Part shown: piece by piece, positions 28,239-37,953 of the stretch
How positions within the stretch are numbered: position 1 is the first letter of the stretch
Layout of the letters: each line of letters opens with the position of its first letter
Origin: Alphaproteobacteria bacterium
Lineage (GTDB): Bacteria > Pseudomonadota > Alphaproteobacteria > UBA828
Direction: 5' to 3'
Assembly (NCBI GenBank): GCA_963422645.2
Contig: CAXXVO010000006.1
Location: 32,001-96,000, forward strand
DNA: 64,000 nt
Made by a program: the position numbers and the translations under genes
Notes under the pieces: model-generated
What the model was told of the DNA's origin: nothing
The model's database searches: none
What the model saw: the letters and a program-made list of their open reading frames with translations, nothing else

Positions 28239-29107
28239 AGAGCGCCGACTTCGCCTACCACCGCCCGGACGATATCGCGGAAGCGGTGCGCTATCTGCGG
28301 GATTACGACGGCTCCGCACGTGTCCTGGCCGGCGGCCAGAGCCTGATGCCGATGATGAACATGCGGCTCTGGCGCCCGGATGCTCTGATCGACATCAACG
28401 GGCTCACTGACCTCGCCCAGTTGACAGTCGAGGGGGACGAGACTCGGATCGGCGCGCTGGTCCGCTACAGCACGCTTGAGTTCTCGCCCCTTGTCGCGGA
28501 GCGGCTGCCGCTCATCAAGGCGATGGTGGCCTTCGTCGGCGACCGCCAGGTGCGCAATCGCGGCACCATCGGGGGCAGCTTGGTGCAGGGCGACCCGACG
28601 GGCGAAATGCCGCTCGGCTGCCTGGTGCTCGGCGCGACAGCCAGCGCCCTCGGGCCGTCCGGCGCGCGCACCATCGCCATGACGGAGCTCTACGAGGGCG
28701 CCTACGCCACCACGCTCGCGCCCGACGAGGTGCTGACGCAGATCCGCTTTCCCCCGCATCCGCCGCACTTCGCCTTTCGCGAGTGCTGCCGACGGCACAA
28801 CGATTTCTGCGTGCTCTCGGTGGCGGCGGCCGGTCACATCTCGGACGACGGCCGCTGGAGCGAACTTCGCATCGGGCTCGGCGGAGTCAACGACACGCCG
28901 GTTCTGGCCGAGGCCGGCATGGCTCTTCTCGACGGAAGTCGCCTCGACGACACCGACATCGCCGCGACAGGCGAGGCTGCGCTCGACGCCATCGACCCGC
29001 CCGACGATATCCGGGGCTCGGCCGAATACCGCGCCCACCTCGTGCCGCTCTACGTCGCGCGGGCGTTGCGCGACCTGCGCGCCTCGGCGCAAGCGGCCGC
29101 GCGATGA
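28235..29107 (+). CDS. Molybdenum hydroxylase FAD subunit (CoxM-like) 1
   Basis: LAGGQSLMPMMN, QVRNRGTIGGS, DIRGSAEYR. Confidence 0.92.
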   Translation: MKSADFAYHRPDDIAEAVRYLRDYDGSARVLAGGQSLMPMMNMRLWRPDALIDINGLTDLAQLTVEGDETRIGALVRYSTLEFSPLVAERLPLIKAMVAFVGDRQVRNRGTIGGSLVQGDPTGEMPLGCLVLGATASALGPSGARTIAMTELYEGAYATTLAPDEVLTQIRFPPHPPHFAFRECCRRHNDFCVLSVAAAGHISDDGRWSELRIGLGGVNDTPVLAEAGMALLDGSRLDDTDIAATGEAALDAIDPPDDIRGSAEYRAHLVPLYVARALRDLRASAQAAAR

Positions 29108-29610
29108 AATATCGCCACGAGTTCCGCGTCCGGGAAAGCGGCGACAAGGTCTGGCGCTTCTTCGAACAGCCGCTGGAGGTCGCGCGCTGCATGCCGGGAG
29201 TCGAGGAGGTGGAGCCAGTGGAAGGCGAGGACGACAGCTATTCCGTCCGCGCGACCCAGAAACTCGGACCCATGTCGACGACCCTCCAGGCCAAGGTGCG
29301 CATCACCGAGCGCGTCGCCGGCGCGCGCATCGCCTTCACGGCGACCGGCAAGGCGGTGCGCGGCGCGGTCGGGAATTTTCGGGCGCAGAACGTGGTGACG
29401 CTCGCGCAGGCAGGAGGCGAGACCTGCATCGCGGTGGAGGGCGAGGTCGCACTGGCCGGCGTGCTCGGCACCGTCGGCAGCGCGGTAGTCAACAAGCACG
29501 CCGCGAAGGTGACCGCGGAATTCGCCTCCAACCTGGAGCAGGCGCTCTCGGCCGCCGACGAGCCGCGCGCCGGACACCGGCCCGAGGAGACTGCCGTTGA
29601 GCGGCAATGA
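29104..29610 (+). CDS. CoxG/SRPBCC-family accessory protein
   Basis: VW......VARCMPG, KLGP, G.V.LAG.LG pattern within a cox-like operon. Confidence 0.8.
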   Translation: MKYRHEFRVRESGDKVWRFFEQPLEVARCMPGVEEVEPVEGEDDSYSVRATQKLGPMSTTLQAKVRITERVAGARIAFTATGKAVRGAVGNFRAQNVVTLAQAGGETCIAVEGEVALAGVLGTVGSAVVNKHAAKVTAEFASNLEQALSAADEPRAGHRPEETAVERQ

Positions 29611-30106
29611 GCTGGCCTTCGCTTTCCGCCTGAACGGCGAGGCGGTATCGGCCGAGGCGCCGGCCCGCATGCACGCGGCCGACTTCCTGCGCCATCGCCT
29701 GGGCTGGACCGGCACCCACGTCGGCTGCGAGCAGGGCGTCTGCGGCATGTGCACGATCCTGGTGGACGGCGCCGCGATCAAGTCCTACCTGATGCTCGCC
29801 GTGCAGCTCGACGGCGCCGAGGTGAGAACGGTCGAAGCCCTGGCCGAAGGCGACCGCCTGAATGCGGCGCAGGAGGCCTTCAAGCGGCACCACGCGCTCC
29901 AGTGCGGCTACTGCACGCCGGGCTTCCTGATGCTGGCGGAAAGCCTGAAGGCCGGCGGCCGGGTGCTCTCCCGCGCCGAGATCCGCGAAGAGCTCGCCGG
30001 CGTCCTCTGCCGCTGCACCGGCTACGAGAACATCCTGCGCGCAGTGGAGGACTATCTGGGCGCGGACCGGGCCGCAGAGCCGCCCGGCGGCGAGGAGTCG
30101 GAATGA
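29597..30106 (+). CDS. 2Fe-2S subunit (CoxS-like) 1, one ligand Cys replaced by Tyr
   Basis: GCEQGVCGMC...KSYL, QCGYCTPG, LCRCTGY. Confidence 0.9.
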   Translation: MSGNELAFAFRLNGEAVSAEAPARMHAADFLRHRLGWTGTHVGCEQGVCGMCTILVDGAAIKSYLMLAVQLDGAEVRTVEALAEGDRLNAAQEAFKRHHALQCGYCTPGFLMLAESLKAGGRVLSRAEIREELAGVLCRCTGYENILRAVEDYLGADRAAEPPGGEESE

Positions 30107-32475
30107 GGGCTCCGCGCCAGAGCCTCATCGGCGCCTCGCTCCCGCGCAAGGAGGACGATCGCCTGCTGCAAGGCGACGGCCTCTTCACCGACGACGTGCA
30201 ACTGGCCCACCAGCTGGAGATGGCGGTGGGCCGCTGCCCCTTCCCCCGCGCTGCGATCGGTGCGATCGACGTGGCTCAAGCCCGCGCCCTCCCCGGCGTC
30301 AGGCACATCCTGACGGGCGCCGGCGTGCGGGCCGCGAGCGAGCCGCTGACGGTGTTGCGGCCGGTGCCCGGCGCGCCCCTGCTGCCCTACTACGCGCTGG
30401 CGGGTGAAGAGGCGATCCACGAGGGCCAGCCGGTGGTGAGCGTGGTGGCGACCAGCCGCGCCATTGCCGAGGACGCGCTGGAGCTCATCGACATCGACTA
30501 CGAGCCGTTGCCGCATGTGACCGACACGCTCGGCGCGCTCGCCGACGACGCGCCGGTGCTGCATCCCGAGACGCTGCCGTCCAACCTGCTGACCAGCAAC
30601 GTGGACCGCGCCGGGGAGCCGGAGAGCCGCATGGCTGCGGCCCCGGTCGTGGTCGAGGGACGCTTCCACGTGAACCGGGTGAGCGCGCTCCCGATGGAGG
30701 CGCGCGGCATCGTCGCCCATTGGCGTGCCGGCGCCCGCGCGCTGGAGGTCTACGCCTCTACCCAGACGCCGCATCTGATCCGGCAGCAGTTGGCGGAGTG
30801 CCTGCCCCTCGACGAGGGGTGCATTCGGGTCATCGCCTCCGATGTCGGCGGCGGCTTCGGCATGAAGCTCGGCCTCTATCCCGAGGACGTGCTGGCAGCG
30901 CTGCACGCCATGGCAATCCGGCGTCCGGTCAAGTGGATCGAGGACCGCCTGGAATTCTTCCGCGCCAGCACCCAGGCGCGCGAGGCCGTGCACGACCTTC
31001 GCATCGGTGCCGAGGCCGACGGCCGCATCGTCGCGGTCACCAACCAGTACACCACCGACCTCGGCGCCTGGAACTCGACCTACGGCTCGGCGCAGCTCTC
31101 GAGCGTGGTCTTCACCGGCCCTTACAAGGTGGCCGATGCGGCGGTCGAGCGCCGCGTCGCGCTCACCAACAAGACGCCGGTCGGGGCCTATCGCGGCTAC
31201 GGCCAGCCGGAGGTCAACTTCGCCCTGGAGGTGTTGCTCGACCGGCTGGCGCGCCGGCTCAAGATCGACCCGCTGGAGCTAAGGCGACGGAACTTGCTCC
31301 GGCCGGAGGACCTGCCCTGGACCACGCCGAGCCGCGCGGTCTACGACAGCGGCGATTACCTGAAGACCCTGCAGCTGGCCGCCGACGCGGTCAATTACGA
31401 CGCCCATCGCGCCGGCCGCCGCGACAACCGGGGCGACGAGCGCCTGACGGGTATCGGCTTCGCCTCCTTCGTCGAGCGCACGGGCTATGCCAGCGCGCGC
31501 TTCCTCGCAGGCCGCGGCTCCCGCTTCGGCGCCCACGAGAGCGTGACCTTGCGGGCCAACCGCTCCGGCGGCATCGACCTCTACACCGGGGTCTCCACCT
31601 TCGGCCAGGGCAGCGAGACGGCCTTCGCCCAAGTCTGCGCCGAGGTCTTCGGCATCGACTACGAAGCCATCACCGTCCATGCCGGCGACAGCGGTGCATC
31701 GCCGCTCAACACCGGCGCCTTCGCCTCACGCACCCTGATCGCGGCTGCCGGCGCCATCCGCGAGGCCGCGGACGCGCTGCGCAACAAGACCCTCCGCATC
31801 GCGGCCATGGTCCTGCAATCGACTCCGGGCGCGCTGGAGGTGAGCGGGCGCGCCGTGCACGTAGCAGACGAACCCGGCCGCACCGTGCCGCTCGCCGACA
31901 TCTTCACCCGCGCGATCATCGGGCAGGGAATTCCGGAAGACGAGGAGCCGGGCCTGGAGGCGGCCGCGCACTTCGAGCCCACGCATGCGTCGTTTTCCTT
32001 CGGGACCGCAGCAGCGTTGGTCTCGGTCGAGGCCGAGAGCGGCGAGTTCGACGTGGAGCGCTTCGTGATGGCGCACGACTGCGGCGTCGTGGTCAACCCG
32101 CCGCTGGTGGAAGGCCAGGTGCGGGGCGGGCTGGTGCAGGGGCTGGGCGCGGCGCTGGCGGAGGAGCTTCGCTACGACGAAGGCACCGGCCAGCTCGTCA
32201 GCGGCAGCATGCTGGACTACTTCGCGCCCACCATCATGGACGTGCCGCCGATCGACCTGCTGCACACCGAGCTCCCCTCCACGGTCACGCCCTTCGGCGT
32301 GCGAGGCGTGGGCGAGGTCGGCACGATTCCGCCGGCCGCCGCCGTCACCAACGCCATCTGCGATGCGCTGGCGGACTACGGCGTCGAAATCTCGACCTTG
32401 CCGCTCACGCCGGAGCGTGTCTGGCAGGCGCTGGCAGCGGCAAGAGGCGCCCGCGCGGGCCACGAGCCAGGATGA
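30103..32475 (+). CDS. Xanthine dehydrogenase-family molybdopterin-binding subunit 1
   Basis: RKEDDRLL.G, DVGGGFGMK, AYRGYG, GQVRGG, RGVGEVG. Confidence 0.93.
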   Translation: MRAPRQSLIGASLPRKEDDRLLQGDGLFTDDVQLAHQLEMAVGRCPFPRAAIGAIDVAQARALPGVRHILTGAGVRAASEPLTVLRPVPGAPLLPYYALAGEEAIHEGQPVVSVVATSRAIAEDALELIDIDYEPLPHVTDTLGALADDAPVLHPETLPSNLLTSNVDRAGEPESRMAAAPVVVEGRFHVNRVSALPMEARGIVAHWRAGARALEVYASTQTPHLIRQQLAECLPLDEGCIRVIASDVGGGFGMKLGLYPEDVLAALHAMAIRRPVKWIEDRLEFFRASTQAREAVHDLRIGAEADGRIVAVTNQYTTDLGAWNSTYGSAQLSSVVFTGPYKVADAAVERRVALTNKTPVGAYRGYGQPEVNFALEVLLDRLARRLKIDPLELRRRNLLRPEDLPWTTPSRAVYDSGDYLKTLQLAADAVNYDAHRAGRRDNRGDERLTGIGFASFVERTGYASARFLAGRGSRFGAHESVTLRANRSGGIDLYTGVSTFGQGSETAFAQVCAEVFGIDYEAITVHAGDSGASPLNTGAFASRTLIAAAGAIREAADALRNKTLRIAAMVLQSTPGALEVSGRAVHVADEPGRTVPLADIFTRAIIGQGIPEDEEPGLEAAAHFEPTHASFSFGTAAALVSVEAESGEFDVERFVMAHDCGVVVNPPLVEGQVRGGLVQGLGAALAEELRYDEGTGQLVSGSMLDYFAPTIMDVPPIDLLHTELPSTVTPFGVRGVGEVGTIPPAAAVTNAICDALADYGVEISTLPLTPERVWQALAAARGARAGHEPG

Positions 32476-32485
32476 GGTAGCCGAG

Positions 32486-33160
32486 ATGGAGTATCCCGCC
32501 CGCGGGCGCTATGCCAACGCCGGCCTCTCGCCCTTGGAGGATGACGCGATGCAGTGGCTGGACGGCTTCTACCAGCTTGAGCATCTGATCGCGACGCGGA
32601 TGTGGGCCATCAAGATCTGCCCGGAGGCCTCGCCCGAGCTCAAGTTCGCCGCGTTGACGCACGACGCCGAGCGCTTCTTCCCCGGCGGGCCTTCCAGCAC
32701 GCCGACCAACGGCTTCGACGATCCCGACTACCTCTTCGCGCACTCCACCCGCTCGGCGAATATTGTCGAGGAATGGCTGCGCAGCCGCGCGCCGGCGCCG
32801 GACGAGGCGTTCAACCGACGCGTGCGCCGGCTCATCCTGCGGCATGAGATAGGCGGCGGCTGGGAGGCCGACTTCGTGCAGGCGGCGGATTCGCTCTCGT
32901 TCCTGGAGACCCTGGACTGGATTACCCTCGATTGGGTGCGGGAAGGCCGCTACACCACCGCGCAAGCACGGGAGAAGCTGGACTTCACCGTGGAGCGGAT
33001 CCGGCCCTCCATCGCCGTCGCCGCGGCGCTCCCGCTCTACGAGAGCGCCGTGCGCGCCCTGGACGCTGCCGAGGACTGCACCATGGACCTGCAACGGCGG
33101 CGCGAGCTGGCCGGCAGCCGGCGATTCCTGTTCGGGCTCCGGCAGTCTCAAACAGGATAA
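32486..33160 (+). CDS. HD-domain-like protein (DUF4202-like)
   Basis: EH...AALTHDAER...AHSTRS...RHE....ADSLSFL. Confidence 0.6.
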   Translation: MEYPARGRYANAGLSPLEDDAMQWLDGFYQLEHLIATRMWAIKICPEASPELKFAALTHDAERFFPGGPSSTPTNGFDDPDYLFAHSTRSANIVEEWLRSRAPAPDEAFNRRVRRLILRHEIGGGWEADFVQAADSLSFLETLDWITLDWVREGRYTTAQAREKLDFTVERIRPSIAVAAALPLYESAVRALDAAEDCTMDLQRRRELAGSRRFLFGLRQSQTG

Positions 33161-33227
33161 CTCGGACCCGGATCAAACCGGCCAGCACTGTGTCTCACCG
33201 TAAATTCGGCATAGTCTGTGCGCCGCC

Positions 33228-34109
33228 ATGTATCCAGCGCCGATCGAGGCCTATTTCCTGCCGCGGACCATCGATGAGGCGCTGACCTGCCTCGCCCAGG
33301 CGGGGGACGGCGCCATGTTCATCGCCGGCGGCATGAGCCTGATGCAGGCGATGAAGGCGCGGCTGGCGACGCCGCATGCGCTCATTGACCTCAACGAGGT
33401 CGAGGCGCTCAGCGGCCTCGCCAAAGGGCCGCACGGCGTGACCGTGCGCCCCCTCACCCGCTACCGCGAGCTCACCGTGACCTCGGCCCTGCACGGCGCT
33501 CTGCACGCGATCGGCGATGCGGCGGCGACGGTGGGCGACCGCCAAGTGCGCAACGCCGGTACCATCGGCGGCAGCCTCTGCTGGAATTACGTCGCCTCGT
33601 GCCTGCCCAATGTCTGCCTCTGCCTCGACGCCACGCTTGTTCTCGCCTCGCTGAAGGGTGGTGAGAGAAGCGTGCCCATCGACGAGTTCCTGATCGGGCC
33701 GCTCGAAACCGCGCGGCAGGACGACGAGCTCCTGATTGAGATCAATTTCCCCTCCGCGCCGTATCGCGGCGCCGGCAGCGCCTACAGAAAATACGGCGCG
33801 ACGGTGGACGGACTGCCGATCGTCGGCATTGCCGCCTCCATTGAGGTCGACGAGGCTGGGGATTGCACGGACGCGCGCCTCAGCGTCGGCGGAATTCTGC
33901 CGACCGCCCAGCGATTCGATGGCGTGAGCGACCTTCTGTGCGGCCGGCCGGCGACGCCCGAGGCCTTCGCCGAGGCGGCGGGCGCGGCAGCCGATGCCAT
34001 CGAGACGCAGACCGACACTCTCGCCAGCGCCCACTATCGCAAGGTGCTCATCCGCACGCTCGGTCGCGATGTGCTGACCCTGGCCCATGCCCGCGCGACG
34101 GGAGGGTAA
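33228..34109 (+). CDS. Molybdenum hydroxylase FAD subunit (CoxM-like) 2
   Basis: IAGGMSL..MK.RL, QVRNAGTIGGS. Confidence 0.92.
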   Translation: MYPAPIEAYFLPRTIDEALTCLAQAGDGAMFIAGGMSLMQAMKARLATPHALIDLNEVEALSGLAKGPHGVTVRPLTRYRELTVTSALHGALHAIGDAAATVGDRQVRNAGTIGGSLCWNYVASCLPNVCLCLDATLVLASLKGGERSVPIDEFLIGPLETARQDDELLIEINFPSAPYRGAGSAYRKYGATVDGLPIVGIAASIEVDEAGDCTDARLSVGGILPTAQRFDGVSDLLCGRPATPEAFAEAAGAAADAIETQTDTLASAHYRKVLIRTLGRDVLTLAHARATGG

Positions 34110-34113
34110 CGCC

Positions 34114-34629
34114 GTGGAGAAGACGATCACCGTCACCGTCAACGGCAGGGCGTATACGCGAGAAGTGCCGCTCCGCCTCCTCCTCGTCGATTTCATCCGC
34201 GACGAGTGCGGCCTCACCGGCACGCATATCGGTTGCACCTACGAAGGGCGCTGCGGGGCCTGCACGGTGCAGATCGACGGACGCGCCAACAAGTCCTGCA
34301 TGAAGCTCGCGGTGCAGGCCGACGGCAGGGAGATCACCACCATCGAGGGGCTCGGCACCGCTGACAAGCTGCACCGTTTGCAGCAGACGTTCCGCCGCTA
34401 TCACGCGCTGCAGTGCGGATTCTGCACGAGCGGGATTCTGATGAACGCGGCCGACTTCCTGGACGAGAACATCAACCCGACCGAGGACGAGGTGCGCCGC
34501 ACGCTGGTTGGAAACCTGTGCCGCTGCACCGGGTACAGCCACATCGTCGAGGCGATCCTCGCGGCCTCCGCCATGCGTCACGGGCTGAACCCCGAAGCGC
34601 CGCCGGCAGAAACCGAGACCGGGCCATGA
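34114..34629 (+). CDS. 2Fe-2S subunit (CoxS-like) 2
   Basis: GCTYEGRCGAC...KSC, QCGFCTSG, NLCRCTGY. Confidence 0.92.
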   Translation: MEKTITVTVNGRAYTREVPLRLLLVDFIRDECGLTGTHIGCTYEGRCGACTVQIDGRANKSCMKLAVQADGREITTIEGLGTADKLHRLQQTFRRYHALQCGFCTSGILMNAADFLDENINPTEDEVRRTLVGNLCRCTGYSHIVEAILAASAMRHGLNPEAPPAETETGP

Positions 34630-37100
34630 CCGCGACCGCGACCGGCGAGACACGCTGGATCGGCCGCTCGCTGAGGCGCCGCGAGGATGCCCGCCTACTC
34701 ACCGGTCGGGGCGAATTCCTGGCCGATGTGCGCGTCCCCGACTGCCTGCATCTCTGCTTCGTCCGCTCGAGCCATGCGCATGCCAGGATCAGAGACATCC
34801 GGCTCGAGACGGCGCTGGCAATGCCTGGCGTGGTGGGCGCCATCACCGGGGCCGAGCTCGCGACGGAGATGCAGGGCCAGAGGATTCCGGTGCTGATCCC
34901 CGCTTTTGCCGCCAAGTACCGGCAGTACTGGCCGCTCGCGGTGGACGAGGTGTACTGGCACGGCGAGCCGCTCGCCGCGGTCGTGGCCCAAGACAAGTAT
35001 CTCGCCGAGGACGCCGCCGCCGCGGTGGAGGTCGATTACGAGGAATTGCCCGTGATCACCGACGCCGAGGCGGCGCTCTGCGACGACTCTCCGCGCGTCT
35101 ACGACGACTGGGACGACAACGAGATCTTCGCGACGAGCTTCACCGGCGGCTTCGAAGCGGATCGAATCGCCAGGAACGACGCTGAGGTCGAGGCGTTGTT
35201 CGCGCAAGCCCACGTGGTGCTCAAGCAGCGCTTCCGCACCCAGCGCTGCGGCGTCTGCCCGATCGAGACCCGGGGGGCGCTTGCACTCTGGAGCGAGACC
35301 GACGGGCTCACCGTCCACCTCACGACCCAGCGCCCCCACATCGAACGCCTCGCGCTCGCCGACCTGCTCGAGCTTTCGACCGCCGAGGTCCGGGTCGTCG
35401 CGCCGCGCGATCAGGGCGGCGGCTTTGGCGTCAAGGCGCCCTTCTACCGCGAGCATGTCGTGGTCTGTCATCTCGCGCGCAAGCTCGGGCGCCCGGTGCG
35501 CTGGATCGAGACCCGCGAGGAGCACCTGATGACGGTCAGTCAGGAGCGCGATCAGATCCACGATCTCGAAATCGCGGCGGACAACGAGGGACGCATCCTC
35601 GCGCTCCGCAATCGCGGCATCGGCGACGTGGGCGATGGCCGTCAGGGGGTCTATTGGGGCTTCGTCATGCCCTCGCTGGGCTCGGTGATGCTGCCCAACG
35701 CCTATGCGATCGGCCATGCGGACATCAAGCTGCGCTGTGCCGTCACCAACAAGACCTGCCTCAGCCCGTCCCGCTCGTTCGGGGCCTTTCCGACACGCTT
35801 CGCGCTCGAACGCGGCCTCGACATGCTGGCGCGCAGGCTCGGCATGGAGACGGCTGCGCTGAAGCGCAGGAACCTGGTCACCGACTTTCCCTTCACCAGC
35901 GTGACCGGGGTTCATCACGACAGCGGCGACTACGTGAAGGCGTGGGACGCGCTGATCGACAGGGTCGATCTCGCCGGCTTTCGCGCGCAGCAGGCCGACG
36001 CCCGCGCCTCCGGCCGCTATCTCGGGATCGGCTTCGCCTGCGGTGCCGAGTTCTCCGGCATCCCCTCCGACGTGCTCGTGCCGCTCGAGAACCAGCCCGG
36101 CTACGGCGTCGTCACCATGCGCATCGACCCGCGCGGCAAGGTCGCCATCCATGAGGGCGACGCGCCGCAGGGGCAGAGCCACGAGACCACGATGGCACAG
36201 GTCGCCGCCGAGATATTCGGCATTCACCCGGATGACGTCAGCGTCCACCACGGCGACACCGGCACCACGCCGCTCAGCTCGGGCACGGTCGGCGCGCGCG
36301 GCGCGTCCTACACCGTTGCCGCCATCGCCGAAGCTGCGACCGCACTCAAGGCCAAGATGGCACGCTACATGAGCCACGATCACGGGCTGGAGGGTGCAGA
36401 CCCCGCCGATTTCAGCTTCCGGGGCGGCGCAGTCATTTACGAGAAGGACGGCAACATCCGGCGCGCGTTCGGCGCGCTCGCGGATCGCATCGTGATGGGC
36501 TCGATCAACCTGCCGCCCGGCGAGAGTCCGGGGCTCGAGCACACGGCCTATTTCGAGGCCCCCAAGCCGATGATCTGCTTCACGGCGCAGGCCGCCAAGG
36601 TCGAGGTCGACATCGAAACCGGGCAGTTCACCATCCTCGACTACGCCACCTGCGAAGACGTCGGCACGGTCATCAACCCGATCGTCGTCGAGGGCCAGGT
36701 TCAAGGCGGCGTGGTGCAAGGCATGTCGAACGCGATGTTCGAGGAGTTCCTTTACGACGAGAACGGCCAGCAACTGACTGCGGACTTCGAGAACTACCGC
36801 CTCGCCTCCGCGGCGGATGTCCCGAATGTGACGGTAGGCCATGCGCCGACGCCCTGCCCGGACCATCCGCTCGGCGTTCGCGCAGTCGGCGAAGGCCGGC
36901 CGGGGCCAGTGCCGGGTGCGCTCGCCAACGCCATCTGCGACGCCCTCGCGCCTTTCGGCGTCGAGATCACGACACTTCCCCTCAAGCCCGAGATGATCCT
37001 GGCGCTGATCGAGGCCGGCCGCATCCACTTCACCTCGGCTTACCCCGACGACGCCCTCTTCCGCCAGCTCGCAGGACGTCTCGCCGCAGCAGGCCCGTGA
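34626..37100 (+). CDS. Xanthine dehydrogenase-family molybdopterin-binding subunit 2 (atypical active-site loop)
   Basis: RREDARLLTG, QGGGFGVK, PSRSFG, GQVQGG, RAVGEG. Confidence 0.9.
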   Translation: MTATATGETRWIGRSLRRREDARLLTGRGEFLADVRVPDCLHLCFVRSSHAHARIRDIRLETALAMPGVVGAITGAELATEMQGQRIPVLIPAFAAKYRQYWPLAVDEVYWHGEPLAAVVAQDKYLAEDAAAAVEVDYEELPVITDAEAALCDDSPRVYDDWDDNEIFATSFTGGFEADRIARNDAEVEALFAQAHVVLKQRFRTQRCGVCPIETRGALALWSETDGLTVHLTTQRPHIERLALADLLELSTAEVRVVAPRDQGGGFGVKAPFYREHVVVCHLARKLGRPVRWIETREEHLMTVSQERDQIHDLEIAADNEGRILALRNRGIGDVGDGRQGVYWGFVMPSLGSVMLPNAYAIGHADIKLRCAVTNKTCLSPSRSFGAFPTRFALERGLDMLARRLGMETAALKRRNLVTDFPFTSVTGVHHDSGDYVKAWDALIDRVDLAGFRAQQADARASGRYLGIGFACGAEFSGIPSDVLVPLENQPGYGVVTMRIDPRGKVAIHEGDAPQGQSHETTMAQVAAEIFGIHPDDVSVHHGDTGTTPLSSGTVGARGASYTVAAIAEAATALKAKMARYMSHDHGLEGADPADFSFRGGAVIYEKDGNIRRAFGALADRIVMGSINLPPGESPGLEHTAYFEAPKPMICFTAQAAKVEVDIETGQFTILDYATCEDVGTVINPIVVEGQVQGGVVQGMSNAMFEEFLYDENGQQLTADFENYRLASAADVPNVTVGHAPTPCPDHPLGVRAVGEGRPGPVPGALANAICDALAPFGVEITTLPLKPEMILALIEAGRIHFTSAYPDDALFRQLAGRLAAAGP

Positions 37101-37440
37101 GCGCCCGGGCGACGTGCCCCGAAAACCCAAGCTCGTTCAACCCTCAACCCAATGGCGACCATCCCAAGATCCCGGCGCCAAACGGCGGCGCAGGACAACA
37201 GGCGCCGTCAACCAAAGGTCACATGCCAAACAGTCCGCGAATTGGTCGGGCTAGACCACAGGAGGCACGGCAGAAATAGCGACGAGCGTCATGCGAGCGG
37301 TCGACAGTAGTTGGCGCGGGGGCTCGTGCCCATATGCGCCTCAGCTCGTTGGTCGAGCTGAAACCATGCAGGCAAGGGCTCGACGCAGACAGTTGGTCCG
37401 CAGCAAAGGCAAGCTCAAGTCTTCGCGCTTCAGCGGCTCC

Positions 37441-37953
37441 CTATCGCGAGGTGTGTTTTTCGTCGGGAAGGAGCAGCAGCAGAGATTGAATTATTTCGGC
37501 GACAAATTCGGCGCGGCCGCTGACCCCGGCCTTCGCATAGATGGCGGTGGCCTGTAGCCGGGTGGTGTTTTCCTTCACCCCACGCGCCTCGGCGATTTCG
37601 GCGAAGCGATATCCCTTGATGATGAGCCAGGCGACGTCCTTCTCGCTGCTTGTCATGCGCCATTCGTCCATCAGCTCGGCGATGCTGTCAGCAAGTCCCT
37701 GGGAAACCACCTTGTTCCGTTTCTCTTCCACGTCCAGCCGAGTGCGCAGTCGCCCCAGATCACGTGCATTGAGAAGAAGTGCCATCGTCACGCCAAGAAA
37801 AATTATCAACTCCATAATGAAATGGGTCGTACCTAATTCGTCTTCTATTACGATGTCTACAATAAGATCATACAAGAAGAACAGTATGGCCAACGTCAGC
37901 GCCGCTAAAGCAAGCAATCGTTGTTGGATGATCTTTCTCGATGTTTCCCGCAT
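37441..37953 (-). CDS. Membrane-anchored LuxR-type HTH regulator
   Basis: Two hydrophobic N-terminal segments; MTSSEKDVAWLIIKG...EIAEARG...AIYAKAGVSGR. Confidence 0.8.
   Translation of the reverse strand: MRETSRKIIQQRLLALAALTLAILFFLYDLIVDIVIEDELGTTHFIMELIIFLGVTMALLLNARDLGRLRTRLDVEEKRNKVVSQGLADSIAELMDEWRMTSSEKDVAWLIIKGYRFAEIAEARGVKENTTRLQATAIYAKAGVSGRAEFVAEIIQSLLLLLPDEKHTSR

Noticed and set aside
28235-37100. Aerobic CO dehydrogenase
   Set aside because: Neither large subunit has the form I AYRCSFR motif and there are no coxDEF genes; treated as generic Mo hydroxylases.
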